64,000 bases of DNA, from positions 2,461,936 to 2,525,935 of the forward strand of contig NW_024055744.1 in NCBI RefSeq assembly GCF_902713615.1. The letters are read 5' to 3'. The translations under genes and the position numbers were made by a program. The notes beneath the pieces were generated by a model. The model was given only the letters and a program-made list of their open reading frames with translations, was not told the DNA's origin and did not search any database. Shown here one piece after another: positions 38,830 through 51,210 of the stretch (the stretch's first letter is position 1; each line of letters begins with the position of its first letter). The DNA comes from Scyliorhinus canicula. Taxonomy: Eukaryota.

Positions 38830-40800
38830 AAGAGAGAGCCTATAATGTGGCAAAGAGTAGTGGGAAGTCAGAAGATTGGGAAGGCTACAAAAACAAACAG
38901 AGGATAACAAAGAGAGAAATAAGGAAGGAGAGGATCAAATATGAAGGTAGGCTAGCCAGTAACATTAGGAATGATAGTAAAAGTTTCTTTAAATACATTA
39001 AAAACAAACGGGAGGCAAAAGTAGACATTGGGCCGCTCCAAAATGACGCTGGTAATCTAGTGATGGGAGACAAGGAAGTAGCTGAGGAACTTAATAAGTA
39101 CTTTGCGTCAGTCTTCACAGTAGAAGACATGAGTAATATCCCAACAATTCAGGAAAGTCAGGGGGCAGAGTTGAATATGGTTGCCATCACAAAGGAGAAG
39201 GTGCTAGAAAAACTAAAAGGTCTGAAAATTGATAAATCTCCAGGCCCAGATGGGCTACATCCTAGAGTTCTAAAGGAGATAGCTGAAGAAATAGTGGAGG
39301 CGTTAGTTATGATCTTTCAAAAGTCACTGGAATCAGGGAAAGTCCCCGAGGATTGGAAAATCGCTGTTGTAACCCCCCTGTTCAAGAAGGGAACAAGAAA
39401 AAAGATGGAAAATTATAGGCCAATTAGCCTAACCTCGGTTGTTGGAAAAATTCTAGAATCCATCGTTAAGGATGAGATTTCTAAATTCTTGGAAGTGCAG
39501 GGTCGGATTAGGACAAGTCAGCATGGATTTAGTAAGGGGAGGTCGTGCCTGACAAACCTGTTAGAGTTCTTTGAAGAGATAACAAATAGGTTAGACCAAG
39601 GAGAGCCAATGGATGTTATCTATCTTGACTTCCAAAAGGCCTTTGACAAGGTGCCTCACGGGAGACTGCTGAGTAAAATAAGGGCCCATGGTATTCGAGG
39701 CAAGGTACTAACATGGATTGACGATTGGCTGTCAGACAGAAGGCAGAGAGTTGGGATAAAAGGTTCTTTTTCGGAATGGCAACCGGTGACAAGTGGTGTC
39801 CCGCAGGGTTCAGTGTTGGGGCCACAGCTGTTCTCTTTATATATTAACGATCTAGATGACGGGACTGGGGGCATTCTGGCCAAGTTTGCCGATGATACAA
39901 AGATAGGTGGAGGGGCAGGTAGTATTGAGGAGGTGGGGAGGCTGCAGAAAGATTTAGACAGTTTAGGAGAATGGTCCAAGAAGTGGCTGATGAAATTCAA
40001 CGTGGGCAAGTGCGAGGTCTTGCACTTTGGAAAAAAGAATAGAGGCATGGACTATTTTCTAAACGGTGACAAAATTCATAATGCTAAAGTGCAAAGGGAC
40101 TTGGGAGTCCTAGTCCAGGATTCTCTAAAGGTAAACTTGCAGGTTGAGTCCGTAATTAAGAAAGCAAATGTAATGTTGTCATTTGTCTCAAGAGGCTTGG
40201 AATATAAAAGCAGGGATGTACTTCTGAGGCTTTATAAAGCACTAGTTAGGCCCCATTTAGAATACTCTGAGCAATTTTGGGCCCCACACCTCAGGAAGGA
40301 CATACTGGCACTGGAGCGGGTCCAGCGGAGATTCACACGGATGATCCCAGGAATGGTAGGCCTAACATACGATGAACGTCTGAGGAGCGTGGGATTATAT
40401 TCATTGGAGTTTAGGAGGTTGAGGGGAGATCTAATAGAAACGTACAAGATAATGAATGGCTTGGATAGGATGGACGTAGGGAAGTTGTTTCCATTAGCAG
40501 GGGAGACTAGGACACGGGGGCACAGCCTTAGAATAAAAGGGAGTCACTTTAGAACAGAGATGAGGAGAAATTTCTTCAGCCAGAGAGTGGTAGGTCTGTG
40601 GAATTCATTGCCACAGAGGGCGGTGGAGGCCGGGACATTGAGTGTCTTTAAGACAGAAATTGATAAATTCTTGATTTCCCGAGGAATTAAGGGCTATGGG
40701 GAGAGAGCGGGTAAATGGAGTTGAAATCAACCATGATTGAATGGTGGAGTGGACTCGATGGGCCGAATGGCCTTCCACTCCTATGTCTTATGGTCTTATA
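38830..40800 (+). mobile_element. Young 5'-truncated CR1 with an uninterrupted 625-codon RT frame
   Basis: ORF 38847..40724 is open through KFADD to the C-terminus; tail tatgtcttatggtcttat; no endonuclease domain. Confidence 0.93.
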
Positions 40801-41215
40801 AGAGGACAACACAAGGTATACAATGTAACTACATAAACACCGGCATCGTATGAAGCATACATGGTGTTGTGTTAATGAGGTCAGTCCATAAGAGTGTCAT
40901 TTAGGAGTCTGGTAACAGGCCCGGGTTACCGGCCGCCATCTTTACAGAGGACAAGGTGCTGCAGGATGCATGTGCTGCGAGCCTGGACCGGATGCCAACT
41001 CTCCAGGATTGACTGACTGGAGTCTCCAGGATTTTATTTTATTCGGAGTCACTGGCTGGGCCAACATTTATTGCGCATCCCTAATTTCCCTTGAACTGAA
41101 TGGCTTTCTAGACCATCTCGGAGGGCATTTAAAGAGTCAACCTCATTGCTGTGGTTTGGAATCGTGTCGGCTAGACCAGGTAAGGATGGAAATTTTGTTT
41201 TCCATTCATTCACGG

Positions 41216-41970
41216 CAGTGTTCTTCAAACTTTTATTCCGCGGATCCATTTTTACCAACTGGCCAACCTTCGGGCCCCAACCCAACCGATATTCGCGCTG
41301 CACACCAGCCGGCCTTCGTGACGCACGCCAGCCGACCTGCACGACCCACCATTTTCTCTTACCTTGTTTGCTGCTGACAAAAATGGAGGAAATAGTTTTG
41401 GGTCCCTTTGGCCCTCGTACACGTTCCTCCAATGGAACCTGTTGGATGAAGGTGAAGCCTTCCGGTGTCGGAAAATATAGAGTCTCCATCTGTCCAAAGT
41501 TCTGCATGTTTTTTCTGTAAATTTTTACAAAATAAATCCCCCTGAACTTATTTTAAAAAATGAAATGAATAAAAACCACTCCAGAACTTGTAAAAGAAAA
41601 AGTTGCAACGGTTTTTTAAAAATGGAGGCAACACTGCGCATGCATGCCTGTTTATCGGCACGCATGCGTATTCTGCGAGCATGTAAAAACATCGGCCGCA
41701 TTGCGCATGCACGCACGATGATCAGGCACGCATGTGCAATGCAGCCGATTTTTTTTTTACATGTTCGCAGAATATGCATGCGCGCCGGTCATCGTGCAGC
41801 AACTTTTTTTAACAGGTTTGCGGCCCCTTGCAGCCGGCATTATTCAAAGCCGGCTGCTGCACAGGAATTTGAGCGATCAGGAGCGTCGCGATCAACGGCT
41901 ACATGACCCTTCCGACATACGCCCGCGACCCCCACCCCGTGGGTTGCACCCCCGACTTTGAAGAACACTG
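41216..41970. mobile_element. Non-autonomous hAT-type DNA transposon (MITE)
   Basis: TIRs CAGTGTTCTTCAAA / TTTGAAGAACACTG; 8-bp TSD attcacgg at 41208-41215 and 41971-41978. Confidence 0.92.
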
Positions 41971-42524
41971 ATTCACGGGATGTTGGTGTCGCTGGCTGGG
42001 CCAGCATTTATTGCCCTTCCTAATTGCCTTTAAACTGAGTGCATCTCAGACAGCACTTTAAGAGTCAACAAGCTGACTGTGGATCTGGAGTCACGTGTAG
42101 GCCAGACCAGGTAAGGATAGAAGATTTCCTTCACTGAAGGACATCAGTGAATCAGATGGGTCTTTACAGCAATTGACAATCGTTTCAGGGTCTTCAGTAG
42201 ACTTTAATGAATTCAAATGTGACCTTCCTTCTTAAGAAGATTCATGTCTGGAAAATCATTAGGACAGTAAAGAAGATTTTTATGTAATTTTCTTTGACCA
42301 TTTCTCTTCAGTGGATATAAAAATTTTGAAAATGGGATAAAGGTCGTTTGGCTGACAGTCAATCACTGTCCTGTAAGGTAATGAGTCCTTTTGCTTCCCA
42401 ATTGGCCGAGGAACGCAGTGTGTCACAAGGATGGATGTGTTGACCGATTAATGGCTGGAGGAGGGGGGCAGGTCATGTGATCAAATCTCCAGGAATACAT
42501 TTGATCAAAGTTGGTGAGGAGAGA

Positions 42525-42775
42525 ATGTTGTGAATTTCTATCCTAAACTGACAGTGAGGTTTCTGTAACTTTACAAGATACTGGAAGTGGAGTTTGAACA
42601 GACGGGAAACGCAAACCAAACGTCACATTGCGATCTGACAGAGTCACTCGATTCATCAGAACCTGAATATCAGCAGCATCTGGGTGTGGAAGGTAAAAGG
42701 TTTGTCTGTTCTGTCTGTGAGGGAAGATTTCAGGTCTCAGGGTGACTGGAAAATCCCCGAGATTCACAAACCCTG
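42525..42775 (+). pseudogene. ZNF leader/acceptor module upstream of ZNF-D, possibly a non-coding exon
   Basis: gtgaatttctatcctaaactgacagtga..ttacaag|atactgg..caaaccaaacgtcac..tttgtctgttctgtctgt..gtgactggaaa. Confidence 0.55.
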
Positions 42776-43714
42776 GTTCGGCCAAACCTGGAGAACTGTG
42801 TTCAGTTCTGGGCAACAAACCTGAGGAAGGATAGAATGGCCTCGGAGGGAGTGTAGCACAGATTTACCTGAGTGATATCTGAACCCCCGGGGTTATATTA
42901 GACATGATAGCACAGAGAATGGCATTTGGCCCATTGAATCCATGCTAGCTCTTTGGAGCAATCCAGTCGGTCCCATTCTCCTGCTCTATCCCTGTTTTCT
43001 TTTGAAATCAAATGATTCATTGTGTCTATTTTCAAACTCCCTGATAGGCAGCGTTTCAGGTAATTGCCGCTCGCTGTGTAAAAACATATCTCATATCACC
43101 TCATTACTCCTGTACCTTTTACATACAAACTAGGATCAGGCCACTCGGCCCCTCGAGACTGCTCAGCATTCAAAAATATTGTGGCTGATCTCATTCTAAC
43201 CTCAACCCCATATTCCTGCCTACCCCTGATAACCTTTCACCCCCTTGCTCATCACGCTCTGCCTTAAAACTATTCAAGGACTCTGCATCCGCTGCCTTTT
43301 AAGGACGCGAGTTCCAAAGTCTTATAACCCTCAAGAGAATAAAAAAATCCTAATTTCCATCTTAAATGGGCGACTCCTTATTTTGCCACAGTGACCCCCG
43401 TGTCCCAGATTCTCCCACAAGAGGAAACATCCTGTCCACATCCACCCTGTCAAAACCCTTCAGGGTCTTATATTGTTCAATCCAGGTTTTACCCAAAACT
43501 TTAAATCTGTGTCCCGATTGCTTGTACGATCAGTGAATGGAAACAGAGTTTCTTTGTCCACCCAATGGAAATCTGGCATAATCTTGTGTCCCTGAATCAG
43601 ATCTCCCCTCAACCTCCTTTGCTGGAACCATTCTGGTAAATCCCCTCTGTACCTTCTCCAAGAACCTTCACATCCTTCCTGAAGAGTGGTGACCAGAGCT
43701 GTATAAAGATTCAT

Positions 43715-44062
43715 AGAATAGAATTAGAACGATAGAATTCCAACAGTGCAGAAGGAGGCCATTCGGCCCATCGGGTCTACACCGATTCCCTGAAAGGGCA
43801 CCCTGCCTAGGCCCACACCCCTACCCTGTCCCTGTAACCCCATAGCCCCACCTAACCTGCACATCCCTGGACATTAACGGGCAATTTATCAAGGCCAATC
43901 CACCTAACGTTCTCTTCTTTGGATTGTTGGAGGAAACCTGAGCACCGGGTGGAAACCCACGCAGACACGGGGAGAAAGTGAAAACTCCACAGTCACCAAG
44001 GCCAGAATTGAATCCGGGTCCCTGGCGCTATGAGGTAGCAGTGCTAATCACCGTGCCACCAG
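43715..44062 (-). mobile_element. HE1-like SINE
   Basis: Head ggtggcacggtgattagcactgc, core and CR1-like tail. Confidence 0.75.
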
Positions 44063-44463
44063 AAGCATAGTTTCAGTATCAATATTACTCTTGATGAAGC
44101 TCAGATCGAATTTGCTTTGCCAACTACTCTGTTAATATGTCTTGTAGATATACAAAATCCACCTTCGCCTCTTTCTCTCTCCTCCCAAAGAGGCCAGTTG
44201 GGTTTTATAACAATCCAGCAGTTTTCATGGTCACTTTTTCCCAGAGCCGGCCCCACAAGTGACTCGATTCATTCAGCTAAATTTCACAACCTGCCTTTGT
44301 GTTTTTGTGGGTTCTCTCTCATTCCCTATTTTCTGTTTTTAAATCAGTTTCACAGGGTGTTCGAAGGGGAGGATTCAAAATCCGGAAACTCAAACCAAAC
44401 ATCACATCAGGATCTGACAGAGCCCTCAATTCATCATCCCCTGAATATCAGCGGATTTTGAAC

Positions 44464-45666
44464 ATGGAAGGAAAAAGCATTGTTCACAGTGGGGAGAAAC
44501 CGTACATGATTTGTTTGTGTGGACGAGGATTCGCTCTATCAGACCTCGCAAGCCACAAATGCAGACACACCGAGGAGAAACCGTGGAAATGTGCGGACTG
44601 TGGGAAAGGATTCACTTCCCCCTCCAAGCTGGAAACTCATCGACGCAGTCACACTGGGGAGAGACCCTTCACCTGCTCCAAGTGTGGGAAGGGATTCACT
44701 CAGTCATCCACTTTGTCCACACACCAGCGAGTTCACACTGGGGAGAGACCATTCACCTGCTCCAAGTGTGGGAAGGGATTTTCTTTTTCAACCCACCTGC
44801 TGAGTCACCAGCGAGTTCACACTGATGAGAGACCGTTTCATTGTCCAGACTGCGGGATGTGCTATAAAAGTTCTGGGGAACTGATTCGCCATCAACGTGT
44901 TCACACTGACGAGAGACCGTTTAGGTGCTCTCCCTGCGGGACTGGGTTCAGACAATCATCTGACCTCACTGTGCATCAGCAAAGTCACACTGGGGAGAGG
45001 CCATTCACCTGCTCAGAGTGTGGGAAGAGATTCACTCGATCATCTGACTTGCAGAGGCACCAGCGAATTCACACTGGGGAGAGGCCATTCAGCTGCTCCA
45101 AGTGTGAGAAAAGATTCTTGCGATCATCTGACCTGGAGAAGCACCAACGAATTCACTCTGCGAAGAGAACATTCACCTGCTCCAAGTGTGGGGAAGGATT
45201 CACCCAGTCATCCGACCTGCTAAGTCACCAGCGAATTCACACTGATGAAAGACCGTTTCAATGTCCAGACTGCGGGAAGAGCTATAAGAGTTCTGGGGAA
45301 CTGATGCATCATCAACATGTTCACACTGATGAGAGACCGTTTAGGTGCTCTCATTGTGGGACTGGTTTCAGGCGATCATCTCACCTCACTGTACATCAAC
45401 GAATTCACACTGGGGAGAGGCCATTCACCTGCTCCTGGTGTGGGAAGGGATTCACTCAGTCCTTCAACCTGCAGAAGCACCAGCGAATTCACACTGGGGA
45501 GAGGCCATTCACCTGCTCCCAGTGTGGGAAGCGATTCACTGAGTCATCTGCCCTGCAGAAGCACCAGCGAGTTCACACTGGGGAGAGACCGTTCACCTGC
45601 TCCAATTGTGGGAAGGGATTCGGCACTTCATCCCACCTCCTGAGACACCAACAGTGCCACAAATAA
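44464..45666 (+). CDS. C2H2 zinc-finger protein ZNF-D, 13 intact fingers plus 1 degenerate N-terminal finger
   Basis: Acceptor tttcacag at 44355; first ATG in the exon at 44464 ([13 protein letters not shown]); open frame to TAA. Confidence 0.88.
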   Translation: MEGKSIVHSGEKPYMICLCGRGFALSDLASHKCRHTEEKPWKCADCGKGFTSPSKLETHRRSHTGERPFTCSKCGKGFTQSSTLSTHQRVHTGERPFTCSKCGKGFSFSTHLLSHQRVHTDERPFHCPDCGMCYKSSGELIRHQRVHTDERPFRCSPCGTGFRQSSDLTVHQQSHTGERPFTCSECGKRFTRSSDLQRHQRIHTGERPFSCSKCEKRFLRSSDLEKHQRIHSAKRTFTCSKCGEGFTQSSDLLSHQRIHTDERPFQCPDCGKSYKSSGELMHHQHVHTDERPFRCSHCGTGFRRSSHLTVHQRIHTGERPFTCSWCGKGFTQSFNLQKHQRIHTGERPFTCSQCGKRFTESSALQKHQRVHTGERPFTCSNCGKGFGTSSHLLRHQQCHK

Positions 45667-45849
45667 CTGCAGTAATTGAATTTTGCTGTTACTCACATTC
45701 AGGACTGAACCATGTTCATTTGGGTCTCTTTCTGCTCATTTGCAGGGGCTAATATTCTGGCTAAAAGTCAAAAAAATTAAATTTGTGTTAAATGGGCACT
45801 GTTGAAACTTTTTAATATCTCTGACACAAGTTAGCTCCTTTTGAAGTAC

Positions 45850-46400
45850 TCTCGCTCTCCCCTGTCTCTTCCATCCTCACCCCCAACATGAAGTGTGAGG
45901 TGCTTGTGGAGCTTCTTTGTGACTGAGATTGAGTCAATCCGATCAGCTGCCTCTGCTGCTTCCCTCCCTTCCACGTGCCCACCAGACCAAACTGTCTCTA
46001 AATTTCATCCTCTCCCGAGCCCTGAACCCACATCTTTCTCTAGTTTCTCTCCCATCTCCCCTCATGCCCTCTCAGAGCTCTTCTTGTCCATGAGACCCAG
46101 CTCCTGCTCCATCGACCCTATTCCCACTGAGCTACTGATCAGCCAACTACCCTGTGTCCACGGATATTGTCAACATTTCTCTCTCTTCAGGTACTGTCCC
46201 TCTGTCCTTCAAATCTGCCATCATCACCCCCTCAATAAAACAAACCCTTGACCCTGCCATCCTTACAAATTACTGCCCCATCTTCAACCTCCCTCTCCTC
46301 TCCAAACGCTTTGAATATGTTGTCACCTCCCAAATCCTTGCCCATCTTTCCCAGAACTCCTATGTTTGAATCCCTTCAATCAGGTCTCTGCCCTGTCACA
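45850..46400 (+). mobile_element. L2-clade LINE fragment
   Basis: PSSCSIDPIPT and SLSSGTVPLSFKSAIITP..LDP..NYCPIFNLPLLSK. Confidence 0.75.
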
Positions 46401-46780
46401 GTAATGAAATACAAGAGACAAACAGAATCTTACCTGGAGAGAAAGACAGACAATTTGGGAACTTAGATCCAACACAGAAATGTTAATAAGACCAGAAGAC
46501 AAGGGTAGCAGCACAGTCATTATCGAGAGACAACAATACCTGCTGGAGACGGACAGACAACTAAACAACACAAATCACAACACCAAGCTCCCTCGATCAA
46601 TCTACCCGAGACAGGAAGGAGAATTGGAGACAGACTGGAAGAACTCAAATATTCCAGACACATTAACCAAAAACAACAGCTGGAACCAAGGGAGTTGTAC
46701 CGGCTCCCTAAAATACCCAAACACATGGACAGGACCAGGGAAATACCACCAGACAGACCCATTGGATCAGAGTGAATCCT
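46400..46780 (+). mobile_element. Penelope-like element ORF fragment
   Basis: LIRPEDKGSSTVIIERQQYLLETDRQL resembles the PLE 'ADKG' motif region upstream of the RT core. Confidence 0.65.
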
Positions 46781-46784
46781 GCAG

Positions 46785-47110
46785 ATTCATAGAATTTACA
46801 GTGCAGATGTAGGCCATTCAGCCCATCGAGCCTGCACCAGCCCTCGGAAAGAGCAATCTACTTAAGCTCATGACTCCACCCTATCCCCATAACCCAGTAA
46901 CTCCACCTAACCTTTTTTGGACACTGAGGGGCAATTTAGCATAGCCAATCCACCAAACCTACACAGCTTTGAGCAGTGGGAGAAAACTGGAGCACCTGGA
47001 GGGAACCCACGCACACATGTGGGGAATGTGCAAACTCCACACGGTTACCCTGGAATTGAACCCAGGTCGCTGGAGCTGTGAGGAAGCCGTGCTAACCACC
47101 GTGCCACCAT
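46785..47110 (-). mobile_element. HE1-like SINE
   Basis: Head, core and tail are all recognisable. Confidence 0.75.
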
Positions 47111-47369
47111 GTTACACCTGTGGCGGGAGAAACAGATTTGGAAACACTTTGTGGATCCGCAAACCCATCACCATCATTGTCAGCTCCCTGGTTTGCAGCT
47201 GCGGAGCTTCTCCCTCCCTCCCGGGAACAGGCCCAGGTTAACGGGCACCATCCTGCTTCACACACTGGAGGATGGTTCACATCACAGGAGGGGGGAGGGG
47301 GGATAATAAATAAGAGCTGACACTTTGCACTCAAATCAATGAGGAATCTGATCTCTGGCAAGGAAGGGA

Positions 47370-47700
47370 ACCCGGGCAGGTGGGCGGGAGGATTCACAAA
47401 CACTCGCTGGAGGCCCCAAACCCCCCAATAAGACCCATTGGTTTTATTGTCAGTCTGCAGACAGGAGCTGGATAACTGAACCCAGGCAGAGGAGAGGGAG
47501 GGAGAAAACTGGGAGTGGAGGAAAGAAATGGTGCAGATGGGTTTGGATTTCAGCCCAGGGAGGAGGGAGAGTGTGTGGGACGGGGATTTACAGCTTCGGG
47601 GAATGGAGAGGAAAAAATGTTCCCGAGAAACTAGAATTGTCTGTTCAGAATTTATATGCTCCACTGACAGTGATGATGTTTGTAAATTCCTTTTACAGGA
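47370..47700 (+). other. Conserved ZNF cassette upstream module and splice acceptor
   Basis: aataagacccattggttttattgtcagtctgcagacaggagctg..gggtttggatttcagcccaggg..ttttacag|G (47698); same module inverted at 20400-20690 and 27350-27930. Confidence 0.75.
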
Positions 47701-48298
47701 TATTAGAAAGGAGGATTTACAGATGTGAGACTGAAACCAAATGTCATCTGACAGTCACTCAATTCATCAGGACCTGAAAATCCTCAGACTTTGAATGTTG
47801 AAGGAGAAACGTTTGTCTCTTCTGCCTGTGAGAAACAACTTTAAATACCAGTGTGACTGGAAAGATATCGGGACCCACACAACACACACCCGAGTGTGTG
47901 CAGTTTCCAAGAGCCGGTGCAGACTCGATGGGCTGAGTGGCCTCCTTCTGCACTGTAAATTCTATGATAATCTATGATTTTCTCGAGAGATGCCTTTTAT
48001 TTTCGGGAGTTAATTTTTGGTTTCCAGGATCTCTTTTTCCACTCTCACTGACTCCTTTATTAAGTGATGTAGTCACGTAATCACATTACTGTCTGTATTT
48101 GTGTTGAATATTTTTTGAGTTTACTTCTTTTTGTAGATAAGAAAGCACAAAGTTCAGTGAATTGACTGCGGAAAGAGCTTCAACCAGTTACACAGCCTGA
48201 AGAAACTTCACAGCGAGAAGAAACTGTACACGTGTCCTGTATGTGGAGAAGACTTCAACTGATCATCCAACTTGGAGAGACACAAGGACACAGGCACC

Positions 48299-49222
48299 AT
48301 GGAGAAACCATGGAAATGTGAGGACTGTGGGAAGGGATTCAGTTATCCTTCCCTGCTGGAAAACCATCGGCGCAGTCACACTGGGGAGAGGCTTTTCACC
48401 TGCTCTGTGTGTGGGGAGGGATTCATTCAGTCATCTGGCCTTTGGTCTCACCAGCGGATTGACACTGAGGAAAAGCTATTCATCTGCACCTCCTGTGGAA
48501 AGAGGTTCAGGCATTCTTCAGCACTCACTGTACATCAACGCACTCACACTGGGGAGAAGCCGTTCGTCTGCTCCGAGTGTGGGAAGGGATTTACTCAGTC
48601 TTTTCACCTGCTGTCTCACCAGCGTGTTCATAGAGGTGAGAGGCCGTTCACCTGCTCTGTGTGTGGGAAGGGATTCACTGGATCATCCCACTTACTGTCA
48701 CACCAGCGTGTTCACATTAAGGAGAAACCATTCAGCTGTACTTCCTGTGGAAAGAGTTTCAGACAGGCATCCTCCCTCATTGCACACCAGCGGCTCCATA
48801 CTGGGGAAAGACCGTTTACTTGCTTTGTGTGTGGGAAGGGATTCACAGTTTTACCCATCCTTCTGAGACACCAGCGAATTCACACTGAAGAGAAACCATT
48901 CAGCTGCACGTCCTGTGGAAAGAGTTTCAGGCAGTCATCTAACCTCACTGCCCACCAACGCACTCACACTGCGGAGAGACCGTTCACATGCTCAGTGTGT
49001 GGGAAGGGATTCAATCGGTCGTCCAACCTCACTGCTCACCAGCGCGTTCACACTGGGGAGAAACCGTTTACCTGCTCAGTGTGTGGGAAGGGATTCGCAA
49101 AGTCTTTCAACTTGCTGGCACACCAACGCACGCACACTAAGAGACCATTCAACTGCTGTGTGTGTGGGAAGGGATTCACTCAGTCACGATGCCTCCAGAG
49201 ACATCAGCAAGTTCATCAATGA
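48299..49222 (+). CDS. C2H2 zinc-finger protein ZNF-E, 11 finger units (10 intact)
   Basis: gcaccATGG Kozak context at 48299 (MEKPWKC); open frame to TGA. Confidence 0.88.
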   Translation: MEKPWKCEDCGKGFSYPSLLENHRRSHTGERLFTCSVCGEGFIQSSGLWSHQRIDTEEKLFICTSCGKRFRHSSALTVHQRTHTGEKPFVCSECGKGFTQSFHLLSHQRVHRGERPFTCSVCGKGFTGSSHLLSHQRVHIKEKPFSCTSCGKSFRQASSLIAHQRLHTGERPFTCFVCGKGFTVLPILLRHQRIHTEEKPFSCTSCGKSFRQSSNLTAHQRTHTAERPFTCSVCGKGFNRSSNLTAHQRVHTGEKPFTCSVCGKGFAKSFNLLAHQRTHTKRPFNCCVCGKGFTQSRCLQRHQQVHQ

Positions 49223-49539
49223 CTGCAGGGATTGGATTCTGCTGTTGTTGCTGTTGTTTAGTGTTGACGGTCTGACAATATTTTGTTCCTGCTGGTGTGA
49301 ACCCCTATAACTGCTGGAACTTAATATGCTGAAAATGTCATTTATTGTGGGGGCTACAATGTCTATTTCCATCTGTGATCTTTGCTCTTAATTCAAGAAC
49401 TCTCAGCAGAAACCTGTTTAGAATAAATTTATGAACTTTTGCTTCAATTCTAAACCAATCTTTGATGTAAAATCTACAATTCAGCGTCTGAAAGATCCAA
49501 CTGCAGAGCTCAAAATATATTTTTTCAATGGCTCTTCTT

Positions 49540-50470
49540 GAGATTTTCTCGAGAGCTGCTTTGATGATTTTAGGGAGTTAATTTTTGGTTTCCAGGGTCT
49601 CCTTTTCCACTCTCACTAACTCCTTTATTAAGTGATGTAGTCACGTAATCACATTACCGTCTGTATTTGTGTTGAGTATTTTTTGAGTTTGCTTCTTTTA
49701 GTAGATAAGATAGCATAAATATCAAAGACTGTGTACATATTAAATGTTTTAAATTGGAATCTATAAATAAGATGTTTTGGTTAATTTATTTGAAAAGGAA
49801 ACCCCCTTACTCCATTTCCAAAATGAGAATTCAAACTATTTGACTCAAGGTAACTGAACAGGTGCCGAGTGTTTATTGGATCAGACGGTGGAGCAGGAAA
49901 AACTCACCCGATTCTGATCTTCATTGTGTGGATTTACATTCAAAACCCATCGATAACCTCACTACACCCACTGAGATCAGCTACTCTTCCTTTGGATGCT
50001 CTCATGATAGAACTTTTGTGGTCCTTTTGAGGATGAAATCATGCTTCACACCTGGTTCTGAAATACTATCACTCTGTGTGTAAGGTATTCCTGGGATAAA
50101 ACATAGTTCTACATCTTGTCACCTAACACAAATTCATATCGTCACCCGAGTCCCAGATTTAAATGTGATTGTCCAGTCCAGAAAACATATAGAAATTGAC
50201 CCCGTTAAATCTGATTCAACAAGCTACAAGAGATAGTTTGTGTTGTTCACAATGATGACAGTATCAACCTTCTCCCTAACCTAGCCTAACCCTTCCGCTG
50301 AACAGGGAGACTCCTTGTTCAGATGGTGACATTTCCTGTCTGCCCAGTTAGAGAATCATAGAATTTACAGTGCAGAAGGGAGACCATTTGGTCCATTGCG
50401 TCTGTACTGGCCCTTGGAAAGAGCACTCTACTTAAGCCCACACTTCCACCCCATCCCAGTAACCCCACCT
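49540..50470 (+). repeat. Local segmental duplication, copy 1
   Basis: Near-identical to 58933-59830; its first 175 bp or so also occur at 47977-48150. Confidence 0.9.
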
Positions 50471-50688
50471 ACCCTTTTTTTGGACACTAAGGGCAATTTA
50501 TCATGGCCGATGCACCTAACCTGTACATCTTTGGACTGTGGGAGGAAACCAGAGCACCCAGAGGAAACCCACGCAGACACGGGGAGAACGTGCAAACTCC
50601 GCACAGACAGTGACCCAAGTCGGGAATCAAACCTGGGATCCTGGAGTTGTGAAGTGACAGCGCTAACCACTTTGCTACCATGCAGCCC
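50352..50688 (-). mobile_element. HE1-like SINE
   Basis: Full-length copy. Confidence 0.8.
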
Positions 50689-51091
50689 ATATTCCTTTAA
50701 GCCCTTGAATTGTTTGTGAATTGTGTCACGTGTAGACCTGACTGGGTAAGGATGGCAGTTTTCCTTCCCAAAAGGACATGAGAACCAGATGTGTTTTTAC
50801 GACAATTGATCCATGATCACAATATTTTTATTGAAATTAAATTCAGCCGTGGTAGGATTCAAACTCCGGTACCATTATAATAAAAAAAGATGATTTGTGG
50901 CATTAACTCAGCGGGTCTGGCAGTATCTGGAGAGAGAAAAATAATGAACGTTTTGAATCTCCTTCAGTACTTTCTGATTTTATTAGATTTCCAGCATCTG
51001 CAGTATTTTGCTTTTATTATCCCAAAATCATGTCCCTGGCTAACTGGATTGCTTGTTCACTGCTCCCTAAGAGTCTGCTGCCCTTGTCTTT

Positions 51092-51210
51092 CACCTGAGG
51101 AAGGAGCATTGCTGCAAAAGCTAGTGATTTGAAACAAACCTGTTGGACTTTAACCTGGTGTTGTAAGACTTCTTACTGTGCTCACCCCAGTCCAACTCCG
51201 TCACATCTTG
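51092..51210 (+). mobile_element. Penelope-type terminal repeat with a mutated hammerhead motif
   Basis: CACCTGAGGAAGGAGCATTGCTGCAAAAGCTAGTG (GAAA changed to AAAA) followed by the same tail as at 58612. Confidence 0.7.

Noticed and set aside
44299-44463. N-terminal extension of ZNF-D in the ORF track
   Set aside because: It starts at a non-ATG codon inside the polypyrimidine tract, and homologous leaders do not keep this frame.
50245-50305. Box C (ATGATGA) and box D (CTGA) snoRNA candidate in the duplicated segment
   Set aside because: Only about 50 nt, no convincing terminal stem and no recognisable antisense element.
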